Positions 52,051 through 64,000 of a DNA stretch of 64,000 nt are shown here, in pieces; the stretch's first letter is position 1, and the number at the start of each line of letters is the position of its first letter. This DNA comes from Diadema antillarum (Eukaryota). The position numbers and the translations under genes are program-made. The notes under the pieces are model-generated. The model searched no databases. It was not told where the DNA came from and saw only the letters and a list, made by a program, of their open reading frames with translations. The DNA lies in the NCBI RefSeq assembly GCF_040938485.1, contig NW_027272244.1, positions 124,001 to 188,000 of the forward strand. Direction: 5' to 3'.

Positions 52051-53382
52051 GGCGAGCCTGGTAAGCAGGGATGGATAAAGGACAACAGATCTGAAGCAGA
52101 AGTTAATTAAAACCAGGTAAAATGTTTTTAGATGTGAAATCGAAGAGACGAAAGAAAGGGGGAAGTCCACATTCATATACATGTGAATTGAGTGAATGCA
52201 GCAATATTAGGAGGACACATCGGTGAAAGCTTGGGGAAATCGGAAAACCAAGTCAAAAGTTATGAATTTTTAAAGTGTCTTCGCAGTCACGTCTGGATGA
52301 GAAGACTACTGATGTCTCACGGGTCGAACGATATAAGGAATATAATAAAGAGAATTTCACACCACAAGCTGTACTCTTCTCATCCAACAGTGATGGCGCA
52401 GAAACTTTAAGCAACCGATGTACATGTATTGTATGATGGTGAACTGCCCTTTAATTGCCTTTACACAAAGGATGAATCCTAATTTTGTATCTTAAATTAC
52501 TATTATAAGAATTCGGCGAAGCAAGAAAAACAAAACAAGACTTTTATTACTTGCACATTGTGGGAAGGAGGTAAAACATTTAGTGTGATGACATGACAGT
52601 CAAAACAGCTTCTAACTGAAGGTTTCAGACATCTGAAAAGGAAAGGAAAATAGAAATAATAACAACAACAACAACAACAACAACGTTGGCGCTCAGCGTG
52701 GTGAAGGTAGGATGCAACATAAGGATAAACATTGTCGTGGTACTAAAACAAACAGGATTTAAAAATGAAAAATTTATATAGATGATGATGATGATAGCAA
52801 TGAGGAGGAGAAGGAAAATACATGTACGTCCAGAATTTTGTAATGACAGCATTATGCTTTACATCGTGCGAATTCTTTATCAAATGTAATGATGTCTAAG
52901 GTGTATTCCATTGTTTCATGAACCACCATTACTTCCAATAAGGTCATACCTCCTTTGTCGATTTGTTGTTACATCTTCAAATAAGCTTAAATGTATTAGG
53001 ACTTTCAGAAGTGTGTTGTTGCTGTTTAAAAAAAAAAATGATAAAATTCATTGTTCTTTTCCGCTTCAAGGGTAATGTCTGTTTGGAAACAGGGCTATAT
53101 CATATTTTACACTCTACAGGTAGGCCCTATCTGAAATAGGCTGTCCAGAATTTTTGTTTTATTGGTTGTGCTCCAAAACACCTTCCATGACAGTCAAGTT
53201 CCTGCTTCATGGCATGTAATAGTACTTGTTTATACAGTGCCGGACTCAGTGCGAAAGAATGGTAGGTGATGCGAAGGAGTTTGAAGCTTATGATAGTAAT
53301 TACAATTGCTCAAAAGCTTATGATTTGCTAAAAAAGTGCCAGACAATTGCATGTGAAGATATAGTAGAAGGAGAGAGCTTAC

Positions 53383-53475
53383 CTGTTTTGATGACAGAAG
53401 CTTGCTTAGGCCTACAAGGAATTCCCTGTCTCGAGCCAAATTCCTGCAAGTGTGTTCACCTAATGACGAGAACGT
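53383..53475 (-). other. Candidate 5' UTR exon of the subtilase
   Basis: gttattacag| 93 nt |CAG-GTAAGC; acceptors lie just upstream of the ATG (before 52090 or 52057), so the ATG exon is probably internal. Confidence 0.35.
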
Positions 53476-54717
53476 CTGTAATAACAGCGATAATATGAGA
53501 AGCTGACACCGTCTCGGTCATGCTCTCTGTACACTCGTTGTTTGTTACCCGCTAAGGCTGATAATAACACCGTTATCTCCGTAGACACGTGTGCATTACC
53601 CACATTAATTCTACTTAAAAGGGAATTAATTTCCAAAAGTTAGATATGAAAATGCGCTGATGGTTTATCAGTTATCGGGTCACCTTGACAAGTATTTAAA
53701 CATGGAGGTAATTCTGCATTCTTATCAAAAAGGCATTTGGTAATTACGGAATTTATTAGCAATTATTTTTCTCGTTCAATTCGCTGTCCCTGAAAATACC
53801 AAGTGCCTGTAAGCGTGCCCACAGCGCGAGTGAAACATGGAGGTCTGTAACATTATTCTACACTTGCATTTGAAGTAGGCCTACATCTGCGTTATTACGT
53901 TGAGTCTTAAGTAGATTTGACTGTCCTGTATTGATAAGGTTGTGATACCCCGCACTTTTAAGTTTTTCCCATCTGTCTGGAAAGAAAATGCACACTTAAT
54001 ATGGGTATGTTCATCTGATGACATCAATCAATTTCATCTATCTAGTATCGAAAGCGAATGGTTTGCTTCGGATATGCCTAAGTTTATGACATGTTTTGTT
54101 GGACAGACACAAATTGAACATTTCGCGTGTTATATTGTAGTTGATTTTCATGTTTTGAACATGGATCATATGAAGCTGAAAAGTGATTCAACTGTTTTAT
54201 GAAATTATACTACTAGTGAAAAGTAATTTATATTTTAAGAATGGGACAGTATAATTTTGCTTTTTAGTCATTGAAGGGAAAATATCTGTTGGTGGAACTT
54301 TGGCAAAGAGTTTAATAGAAAAGAGCGCTGTATTTTTTTATTTTAGACAAAGGAAGAGAAAACAATTATGAAACTGTCGGAAAGCTCATATTTGTTGAGT
54401 GTTTAGGCTGATAATACAGATAGGTTGATATGCCCATCACAGGTGATTTAGGTCTCACCGCTTCCCATGCTTTTTTTAAAGAGTGAAAACTGTTCACAAA
54501 ATTATTAAAATGAGCACTTCACCTGTTGTTTACATCTTTATTTAACAATTGTTCAATATGGCGTTAAATTTAAAAAAAAAAGTTTAGGAAAACAGACAGG
54601 AAAGTGAATTTGAATTGAAATCAGCAATAAACTTTGACTTTTATAATGTTTCCAAGAGGCAGTGACATTACACATGATTTAATGATACATATTGCACAAT
54701 CCGTTGAGGTTCTAATT

Positions 54718-54964
54718 GAAGAGTTTGTTTGCAAAAACCGATAAGTCCATATTTGCCAAATAGAGATATTTGCGATTAAAGGTGAAGAAAAATAAAGAGA
54801 ATAATAAGAAAAATTTTGCTTCTCTTAACCATAACTTCAAAAATGTACCTTTATATGTAGTGACCAATATATCATTTAAAAGGTGTTATTTAGTACCTTA
54901 TGACAGACAGCGTACTTTAAAATCTTCAAAAATGAACTTATCGGTTTTTGCAAACAAACACTTC
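54718..54964 (+). mobile_element. About 247-bp MITE, GAAGAG termini, AATT flanks
   Basis: aatt|gaagagtttgtttgcaaaaaccgataagt ... acttatcggtttttgcaaacaaacacttc|aatt. Confidence 0.9.
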
Positions 54965-55896
54965 AATTATTCATCTGCTTTCCCACATGTTTATGAATGA
55001 GATACCATAAATGAATCGTATTCGTCGATGTTACAGGAAGTTTATTCGTTCTCCATCAAACTGGCATCATTATGATTCTGTCAACACATTTTAATCTTAA
55101 GCACGTAAATACTGTTCCCTTTGTTTATGCAGGCATCGTTGATGACTTGTCTATTATGGCAATTATCAGTAGATTCGTTATTGAATAAATTATGCATTTC
55201 ATCCTAATTTCAACCACTATACTTTGCTAAAAAGCACAGTGGCACATTACTGAGAATTTAAAAGTTAAGGAACACTATTATGCAACTGTCAGAATTGCAA
55301 GGGGCAAGACTTGACTGGCATTGATGTTATCTTCTCGTTGCTCATACCATTGTCATTTCTGTGTACTAGATATACATGTAACACATTTATGTAGAATTCG
55401 TATTATTGTGTTTGATGACAAACTCAATCATTCTCCTTTTCTCATTATCTTTCTCAGTTGTTTTTTTTTTTCTTTTCTCTCATTCCTTTTCTTTTGGGCG
55501 CAGTCTCAATGCTCGTGGACAGAACAAAAATGATATCAATAAGCAGGAATGGTTGTAAGCAAATTCTGGAGACACGCCACTGTTCTTCGGTCACGTCTCC
55601 ACCCTAGACTATTCTTGAAAACTCGATATAGCAATAGCGATATGCACAGTGACATAACGTCGTTTGCCACGCCCTACTTTACTCGAACAACCAATCAAAG
55701 AGTGTCTCCCTCGAGTATCTCCTTGGATCGACAAGACAGTGCGACGTGAGCAGCTGCAGCTCACCATGATACGAACTTGAGTAAACTCTTTGAGCGCTAC
55801 CACTTAGTGATGTTCACATTACCGTAACTGCATTGTTCAATCGTTGAGAACAACGCATTCGGGGGAATCCTTGATAATTATGCGACTAAATCAACA

Positions 55897-56862
55897 ATGC
55901 TTCGAAATATTCGGGAAAATTCTTCATCGAGAGATTTGACCTTTACCCTTTTTGTAACTGTGGTGTTGACATGCCATCAAACAGCTTCAATCCAGGTTCA
56001 CAACCTGTGCATGGGAACAGAGAATGACATAATATTTCGCCCATCTCTTAAAGTCGATTTTGAATATGGATATGAAATATATTCTGGGCACTTTGACTGC
56101 TTATTCTATGGAAACGGAGCGTTTGTCGAGGAGAAGTGTTTGAAAAATGGACAGGCGGAAAGATTTACGGTAAAAGAGAACAACACCAATAATAACTTGA
56201 CTGTTACTCTCACTGTCAGAGACGTCCGGACGACAGATAAAGGTGTCTACATATTACTTATTGCAGGACGTAGGGACAGGGAAAGGTATCATGACGTTGT
56301 AGATGTGTACATCGATGTCATCACTCCACCTGAACCCGCTGAATGTAACAAAGCGACATCATCATATTCTTCACTCTGGATAGAGATACACTGCTCTGCT
56401 TCGCTTGGAATCGATTGGAATTCACCGGGATCAATCGCCTGCTTTCAAAATGGTAAAAAGGCGCCATACCTTAGCCAGCCCGAACAACTGGTAGACCAAA
56501 TTCAAGCTGCTTTCTGGATGGATGTTGAGTCTTCTATCAACTGCTGCTCTTATGCACCACAATGTGAGAAAGTTCCTGGGTTTTGCCTCGACTTCACATA
56601 TTCCAAAGTGGTGCCATCGAGGCCTGTTCATGTTTATGTCACTGAAAAGAAAGAAGAAACAACCTCGCAGCAGCCTGCAACAAGTCTGACAACATCAAAC
56701 CACACAGAGGGCCTTCATGACCTCGAGAGCAATAGAAAGATAATATGTAGGAACAGCAGTGGGAACAGCAGGCCTGATATCAATTTTGTGGCACTATTTT
56801 CTCTCTTATGTATTTCTTTGTCTTTTCCTGTGTTAAACATGAGAAGACACGTTTATGCATGA
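55897..56862 (+). CDS. Intronless 321-aa cell-surface protein: signal peptide, V-type Ig-like domain, Cys-rich second domain, S/T stalk, C-terminal hydrophobic anchor
   Basis: By far the longest ORF in the window; tcaacaATG; LTVTLTVRDVRTTDKGVY matches the Ig E-F strand signature; hydrophobic LTFTLFVTVVLT and FVALFSLLCISLSFPVL. Confidence 0.8.
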   Translation: MLRNIRENSSSRDLTFTLFVTVVLTCHQTASIQVHNLCMGTENDIIFRPSLKVDFEYGYEIYSGHFDCLFYGNGAFVEEKCLKNGQAERFTVKENNTNNNLTVTLTVRDVRTTDKGVYILLIAGRRDRERYHDVVDVYIDVITPPEPAECNKATSSYSSLWIEIHCSASLGIDWNSPGSIACFQNGKKAPYLSQPEQLVDQIQAAFWMDVESSINCCSYAPQCEKVPGFCLDFTYSKVVPSRPVHVYVTEKKEETTSQQPATSLTTSNHTEGLHDLESNRKIICRNSSGNSRPDINFVALFSLLCISLSFPVLNMRRHVYA

Positions 56863-58231
56863 GTGTATAAAAAAAAAAGAAAACCCAGAGAATTAACATC
56901 TCTTTTACTTTGATTCATATTCAACGGTGCTTCCATTTTTTTGGAAAAGACAATCTTCGACATACTATTCATATGGTATAGCGGGAAGTCTATTCTATTT
57001 CGAGGTGCAACATCTCTCTTTCATTTTGCACTATTTGTCTTCCGGGAATGACAAGGTCGAATGGACAGGCATGTCTGGGAGTGGTTGAACTACTGCCTGC
57101 CCTTGTTTGATGTATTCTGAAGTACTGAAAGATATGGTTAAAATACATACAATATGTTTTCCTCTAAATGTATGCGAATGCTGGAACTCTCGCAACCGGA
57201 AAGGCAACGCAAATTTAATAGAGACTGGCACATATCCTTTGTTCACTCGAATTTAGATTTGACAGATGATATTGTGAAAGCGCTTAGTCCCTAGAGTTAA
57301 AATGGAATGAAAATGGTTATCAAAAGCCAACCCCTTAAAGAATTATATTACCCAAGAAACATAAGGTCATGCTAGTAATCACACATTCACAATACAAATA
57401 TGGAATTTTCAATTACCTATGAACTTGGCATCAAGATGAGACTGTTATCAAAATGATTATAGTTAGCCATTTGCAACATTCATTTTCAAATACATTGAGT
57501 TTGTTTTGTTTAGATATTGTCAAACTGTAAATTAATAACATACATGATTTGTGGTATCTAATTCATTTCTTTTTTTTCTGTTCTTCACTTCCCATGCAAA
57601 TACGCATAAATTGAACGGCTTGATAGCAACTATACGGTTTTGACTTTGTTGCCAATATTGTAATTTTCCATAGACATCTCTTTGTCTCTTAAACTCCATG
57701 TTCATTGTCACCAGTATTTTTTTCTCGTAACGCAGTTGTTTACGTTTAAACTTGTATTCTTTTTATATTTTTGTTTTCTTTGAACATCTCCTTAAGAGTT
57801 GATTAGTATGGTCTTTCATTAACATGCAATAGGTTTACTTGGGTGCATTAAAAGGGAATTTCCTAAACGTTCAATCTCTTCAGAAACATGTATCCTCCAT
57901 TCATATATTGCCTCCATAATGGCGATTTTGTAACGTTGGTTATCACTATATTATCTTCTATAGAAAAAAAAAATGATATGAGGCCTTTTAACATAACTTC
58001 ATCTGTTTTTGGTTTCCTCTCCGTCTTCTCTTTGTTAGTATCATAAAAAATTATTTTGTTGTCAGGTTATGTGAACCAAATATGGGATTTTATTTTTTCA
58101 ATAAAACCAAAACCAGAATCTGGTCACATTTTCATGTGAAAGAATGATTATCATAACGTTGTAATTATTGTTTGGTTGAGCAATCGAAAGTTCATTTACA
58201 GTTTCAAACTACATGTATATCAGAATGCATG

Positions 58232-58590
58232 TTAAAGGGAATGGCAAGTAACTGATCAGCCGGAATCAGTGGGAATGCTTGGGGATGATTGTTCCAATCC
58301 TTGTGGGATTCATTTAAGAGTAGGCCTACATTATAATATCTATTGTTGTGTGAAAATTATTTGCTTCAGAATGGTCTCATATTCAAATAATGTGCAGTTT
58401 AATGTTTCCAGGCTAGCATGCCTGTACAGTAGCGGGGCATTAGACTGCACATTACTTGAATATGAGACCGTTCTAAAGCAAATAATTTTGACACAATAGA
58501 TATATAATGTACTCTTAAATGAATCCCACAAGGATTGGAACAATCATCCCCAGCATTCCCACTGATACAGTTACTAGCCATCCCCTTTAG
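58232..58590. mobile_element. About 360-bp fold-back MITE (TTAA type)
   Basis: Left arm 58232-58404 pairs with right arm 58438-58590; same family as 37681-37961. Confidence 0.9.
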
Positions 58591-58694
58591 TGGAAGACAT
58601 CAAACTGCATGTTAAAGAGGGTATTGTAAGTACAAATGAAATTTCAAACTTTTTCAATTTTTCGGAAGATTTACTCTAAACCTCTACTACAAAA

Positions 58695-58858
58695 NNNNNN
58701 NNNNNNNNNNNNNNNNNNNNNNNNNNNNNNNNNNNNNNNNNNNNNNNNNNNNNNNNNNNNNNNNNNNNNNNNNNNNNNNNNNNNNNNNNNNNNNNNNNNN
58801 NNNNNNNNNNNNNNNNNNNNNNNNNNNNNNNNNNNNNNNNNNNNNNNNNNNNNNNNNN
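58695..58858. other. Assembly gap
   Basis: Run of N. Confidence 1.
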
Positions 58859-59667
58859 TCTTTCTGCTTTAAATTGATATATAACACATCTTATGAAAAT
58901 AATCGGCTGCAGAGATATCGATGTTTAAAAGAGAGCATGTCGAGACGTATGGGAAATCACTGTTTCGAGAAAAGCGCCCTAAAAGTTTTCCTTGCGACGC
59001 AATCGCGATCAAGGGACATGCTAGTCAATTTTCACCTCCGGACAATAGAAGGTAAACCCTAGCAACCCCCGAAATGCTCATTCAATCACAGCGTCGGCGG
59101 TCTCCTCACCGACCAATCAGTGACCAGGATGCCAGGAGAAGCGGCTGGGCATAGCGCACCCCGCCCGCACGCACCAGTCGACTTGGCAGTGTGCGAGCTT
59201 CACGCTTCGGTTAGCGGCAAGCAGCAAACTGACCAATGAGATCACTCCGGTCGTTGTTAGGGGCGGAGCATCTGTGGCGCTCAATCCAAATTTTCGAACC
59301 GGTTTCTGCTTGGTTGAAACGCCAAAAACATGGCCCAGAAAAACGCTATTTTTTGGTCTTTCCTTTCATCATTTTGCTTCAAAATTTCGACAGATGATAG
59401 AAGACATGTCAGACTCCAATAATATGTCAAAATCAGAAAATCGTAAGTTTTGACCAATTATGATGCTCCAACTTCAAACTCGATTTTCACGGCTTCGACC
59501 GTGCGCGACTTTAGGACCTTTTTGTTGTAGCGGGTCACAAATTTTTGAAGTTATGGTCAAAAGAAGCAATATTTTTCTTATTATTCTCTTTATTTTTCTT
59601 GACCTTTAATCGCAAATATCTCCATTTGGCAAATATGGACTTATCGGTTCTTGCGAACAAACTCTTC
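58859..59667 (-). mobile_element. Longer member of the GAAGAG-terminus family with GC-rich interior containing CCAAT boxes; far end lost in the gap
   Basis: 59535-59667 matches 13607-13822 and the reverse complement of 54718; ends ctcttc|atat. The extent of the interior is inferred. Confidence 0.55.
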
Positions 59668-59879
59668 ATATATATATACTGATAGATATATATATACATA
59701 TATATGCACTGATACATACGTAGTAATGGTGCAATGCAATGGCAAATACAACAGTTTCAGAGAGCGGTTCCTCGCCGCAATATTTTCCGATCGTAGTCAT
59801 GATAATAAAAATAATGCAGACGTCATATCTAGGAAACAGTGCAGATTGCATGTATCGACCGAGCTATCCATGTATACGT

Positions 59880-60125
59880 GGTCATCCAACTAGACCGACT
59901 CCCACGAGTCGTACAGTCCACGAGTTAGATATTGAAAACAGGTCCATGACTCATATAGCTTACGAGTCATACAGCCAATGAGTTCGACACTAGGTAAAAA
60001 CAGCCAACGAGTTCGACAGATACAACACTTGGCGTAATGTGTCGGTGTCATGGGCTTAGTGTCAAACTAATGGTCAGTATGACTCATGAGCTGTATGACT
60101 TAGTAGGCTGTATGACTCGTGGGTG
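59880..60125. repeat. Short element with inverted arrays of a GAGTCATACAGC-like motif
   Basis: cacgagtcgtacagtc, acgagtcatacagcc, acagccaacgagttcgac on the left; gctgtatgact, ggctgtatgactcgtg on the right. Confidence 0.55.
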
Positions 60126-61588
60126 ACGGTCTCGTGACGTGCAACCATGTCTACAGCTGTCCATGCGAAATCGCACATGATAGATGTTACTGTTTGGAAG
60201 GATTATTGTTTTGCAAATTAATGCAGTTTGAGTGGGATATGTTACGATTTCTACAGTAGGATAAGGAATTTATAGTTCTGAAAATTACCGCCATGCCAGT
60301 TTCAACTGGATTGTTGGTGGATAAACTAGGAACAAGGAGAAAAATCAGAGGCGTTTTCCTGACTTCTTTTCCAATGATATTTTTTTAAGTTCTTGTGTGA
60401 TTTTGAAAGTTAAAGAAGCCTGATAGCTGATAAACACAAAGTCCATTTCACCAACTTTAATCGATACTACACATTATACAAATTTCTGTTTTAGTAACAT
60501 GATTTCAAATCCGTGTTTTGCGTGTAATTGCAGTATTGAAGTAGGGCAAGTTTATGTCCAGTGTCCAATATCAAAACCACTTTTAAATAATACTAATGAT
60601 TTAACTTGAAGAGCGATGTAACGAGGGGAAAGTAGCTAATTGAAGCATATCTACAAACAACGTTGACATTCTAACTATCCACCAAGAGCTATCAACTGTT
60701 GACTATCAACAATTTGCACACCATTAACTATCCTTTAGCAGCCTCAACACATAATTATCATTAATCTAGATATCGATAACTATTTTTGTACCTTAAGTCA
60801 CAGGATTGAAAAATTGTGTTTGAAGATTGCAGAACTTGGACTTGAAGAAGCAGATTAGTAGAATTCCTTACAGTGTGTTTTTGATTTAAACAAGCTATTG
60901 ATGAATACAATCAATAAAATATTTCAAGTCCCGTTTGTCACGTAAGCTGATAAAACGCCATGCACAGTTGTTGAATTTTTGTCCAATAGGCTTGCATGAT
61001 TGCTGTCTCGATACAGTAGACACAAAAAAGAAAAGTCATTTCACTGCCTAGCAAGGCAACTCGAAATAAGATTAAAGGGGAAATACAACTCAGTTTTATC
61101 CACAGAATTTTATCACAAAAGAAGCTAAAAAACGCATGGGAATGACATTATCGTACGCTATCTATCGTCTTATTCATGCATGTGGCACTCTTATCTTTAA
61201 ACCATTTATCGCTGTCAACTGTTAAAACAAAATATTCAATCCCCGACCCAATCTGGTGGAAAGATTGTAACTGCATAACATTTGTATGGAAGAAATATGT
61301 ATTTCAATATGCAGTGAAGTGACGGACATCATGTATACCGCCGTGGGCACTGCATGGGCACGCAGTGTGGCAGGATAAGGTAGACTCGGTTTGCACTTTG
61401 AAGACACCGGTGATATGCAAAGTACTCAGTATTCATGAGGGCTGTTAACAATTTTTGTGCACGGATTCCCAGTCTGAGTGAAAACACCTTAGCACTGTAC
61501 ACATTGTCCAAAGTCCGTGATAAGGAAAGGGTTTCGGTACCAGAGAAGTTAATGAAAACAGCTGGTTCATTTCTCATGCATGGCATGT

Positions 61589-62097
61589 ATATGAAGACCT
61601 GAATACAAGAACGACCCAAGTCCAATAATTTTTGGCCAAATTCAGTTTGACTTGGGAGATTGTAGCTTATGCATGGACTCATCTTGTGTATAAATGATAA
61701 ATCCTAATTAATCCCGGAAGTGCCTGAAATGGATGAGTTAAAAACTTTGATATGAATGTAAGAATGAAGGACTTGGGTCATTTTTACATTCATATTATAG
61801 CGCCCTCTCTCATCCGTCTCTCATCTCATATAGCAGAATATCATGTATATGATCTAAAGAACGACCCAAGTCAATATGATTCAAAGAACGACCCAAGTCC
61901 ATCACACAAAATGGCCTCTCCACAATTTATGTAAATGTAAATTGTCATATGTTCTAATTTCTATACACAATGTTGCCTTCCCATCACAGTTAAATAGGAT
62001 ATTATTGGGCAAATAAAAAAGATATGAAGTTTTTTTTTTTAAAGTTTACTTGAAATGGTCTCCCATGGACTTGGGTCGTTCTTATATTCAAATACTA
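61589..62097. mobile_element. Inverted, diverged copy of 44426-44948
   Basis: Same five 17-bp motifs and spacers in reverse complement. Confidence 0.85.
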
Positions 62098-64000
62098 TGT
62101 TATATTATTATTTACGGCACCAACGGGAAAACGTCTTATTGCATTGATCTTACATAAACAGTGACTTTACTCTGTGTAGCAGGATGACTGCGAATAATAA
62201 GGGTGCAGACAAAGAAACAGAGCAGTAAGGTTTCATTAGAATTCACCTCAGAATTATAATTTAAAAAAGAAGAATACTTCTTTAAGTTTTTCATGTTTCA
62301 CGAGTTTTTCAGTTTTGCATGATTAATATATATGCATGCGTGTCAGGGATTGCCGGGAGCATAATTATATTCAGTGAATTTATTACGTTCTATACACATT
62401 GTCCTTCATAGGTCCACTTTCAGTATTCCTATTGTTCGTGTAATAATTTCTCAAACATGTCCTTTCCCTCTCTACAGGACTGTATATCGAACAAGTCTAA
62501 ATTTCATAGTCCCTTTAGATTCGATGAAGGCGAGGTTGACCACAATTTATAATTTGTTCCCTGAAACATGATTCCTAATCATGTATATTGCATATCTGAG
62601 ATAAGATCCTGATTTTAATTGCTCGCGTTTATGATTCAGTGATATATGTTTTGTGGATGATATTTCAAATTATGTCTGCATATTACACTCACTTTTTTAT
62701 CGCGCAAATAAAAAAAAACATGGTATGACAGAATTGTTAAATTCTGAATACGAAAAGAGGATGATTGTTTTGTGACAGGTAAACTCACAATAGATTTAGA
62801 AAAGAAATGTATGAAAAGGTATTTGGGCCAAGCACTGTAAAAAATAGGTCCTAGTTCATTGGCTGTAATATATCTTAAAATGAAATAATAGTGTTTTCAC
62901 TGCAATGATGATACACAATATGTCTTATGACATATCTAAAATTATTGGTATTTGAAAATATATTTAAGACGCTTTTATCACTGCTCATTTTAGTGAATTC
63001 ACATCTTTTTGTTACACTATGAACATGCATTTATGTACCATGTTTCATTCTGTATTTCTGCGTTGGAGAACAGTGCATTGTATTGTTTTGATTGAGTATA
63101 TTTTACAGAAAAAAATATGCAATCCGTGTAACAACTATTCCCTTTTTAGCACTTACTGGTTTTCTTTGTAAGAGGTAGAACATCCTTATAGTAAATGATC
63201 TCTACTTTTCTTATGTTCACAGTTTTTTCTTTAAATACAGAGAAAGTCTTTGCCTCAAACCTCTTCAAGTGTATAGGCCTATATGAAACGCGAAGTTCGT
63301 ATAATACATAGGCCCTATGTTTTATGTTATGGATATAGAATATGCAGAAGCATCATAATGTTTATTGTTCCAAAACTGTGGAACAATAATAAATATGATT
63401 CATTTCTACGTTACTGTGTTGATGATTGTTTTATTCTGTACATAATGCAAAGCAAAGTTTCACATCTATTTCATTTCTTTGTGAGTGTTGAAATATAAAC
63501 TTGAAACGTTATTTATTCATAGATGAATAATGTATTGAGAGGAATAGATGAAATAGCTGAATAGAATGTATCAAAGAGAAATGAAGCGAGGAAAGGTAAA
63601 AGAAGAAGAGAGAATTCGAAGAGGGAAGTAACGTAAGAAAGGAAACAGCGCGTGATAAAAATGTATTTCATTCTGGATGACTTCATTTTTCAGGTCGATC
63701 TGAATCTCAGATTTGTAAATAGCATCATGTACACTTACTTGTTTACATCGCATTCATATACTTTACAAAGATGACCATGAGGCCATGAAAATGTATTTCT
63801 TACGTCACTGGCATAATAATTCCGCTGGTCTAGCTTGAAGTAGTATCATTATAACAAAGGGTAATTAAAACGGCAATGATAAAACTTTTAATAGGTGGAT
63901 ACAGGTACAAAGAAGAACAGAGAGACGGAGAGAGAGGAAAAGTCAAGTCAAGGAAATGAAAAAGTTCGCAGGAAGAGAGTGAGGGAGAGGAAAAAGGAAA

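Noticed and set aside
53230-53498. Death-domain-like or Cys-rich small ORFs
   Set aside because: No start ATG for the minus ORF, a strong donor interrupts it, and no convincing motif.
53555-53730. Cluster of four WGATAR sites upstream of the protease
   Set aside because: About 0.7 expected by chance in 170 bp of AT-rich DNA and the window was chosen post hoc; not compelling without chromatin data.
26014-58887. ORFs containing X runs
   Set aside because: Artefacts of N gaps.
61300-61560. Ig pseudo-exon (LHFEDTG...GLLTIFVHG)
   Set aside because: Multiple stops, no Y-x-C, no clear splice sites.

Overview
AT-rich, microsatellite-rich eukaryotic genomic DNA with five N-gaps; an invertebrate deuterostome, probably an echinoderm, is inferred from repeat content and frequent TAGGCCTA. 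I reconstructed the genes by hand from GT-AG sites. (1) Three small four-transmembrane MS4A/CD20-like paralogues: one running off the left edge (minus, ATG at 120, absent from the ORF track), one on plus (20901-24374) and one on minus (33647-27877). (2) A complete 8-exon secreted proteinase K/aqualysin-type S8 subtilase (minus, 52050-40359, 386 aa, intact D/H/N/S). Six of its seven introns fall at or within about one residue of human PCSK9 intron positions as I recall them, but it ends where the PCSK9 C-terminal domain begins. (3) An intronless 321-aa Ig-like surface protein (plus, 55897-56862) arranged head-to-head with the protease. The rest is LINE fragments (RTE, L2/Crack-like), tRNA-derived SINEs and many non-autonomous TIR elements in two classes (AWWT-flanked and TTAA-flanked). 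No rRNA, true tRNA or CRISPR array was seen. No searches were run; family names come from motif recognition.
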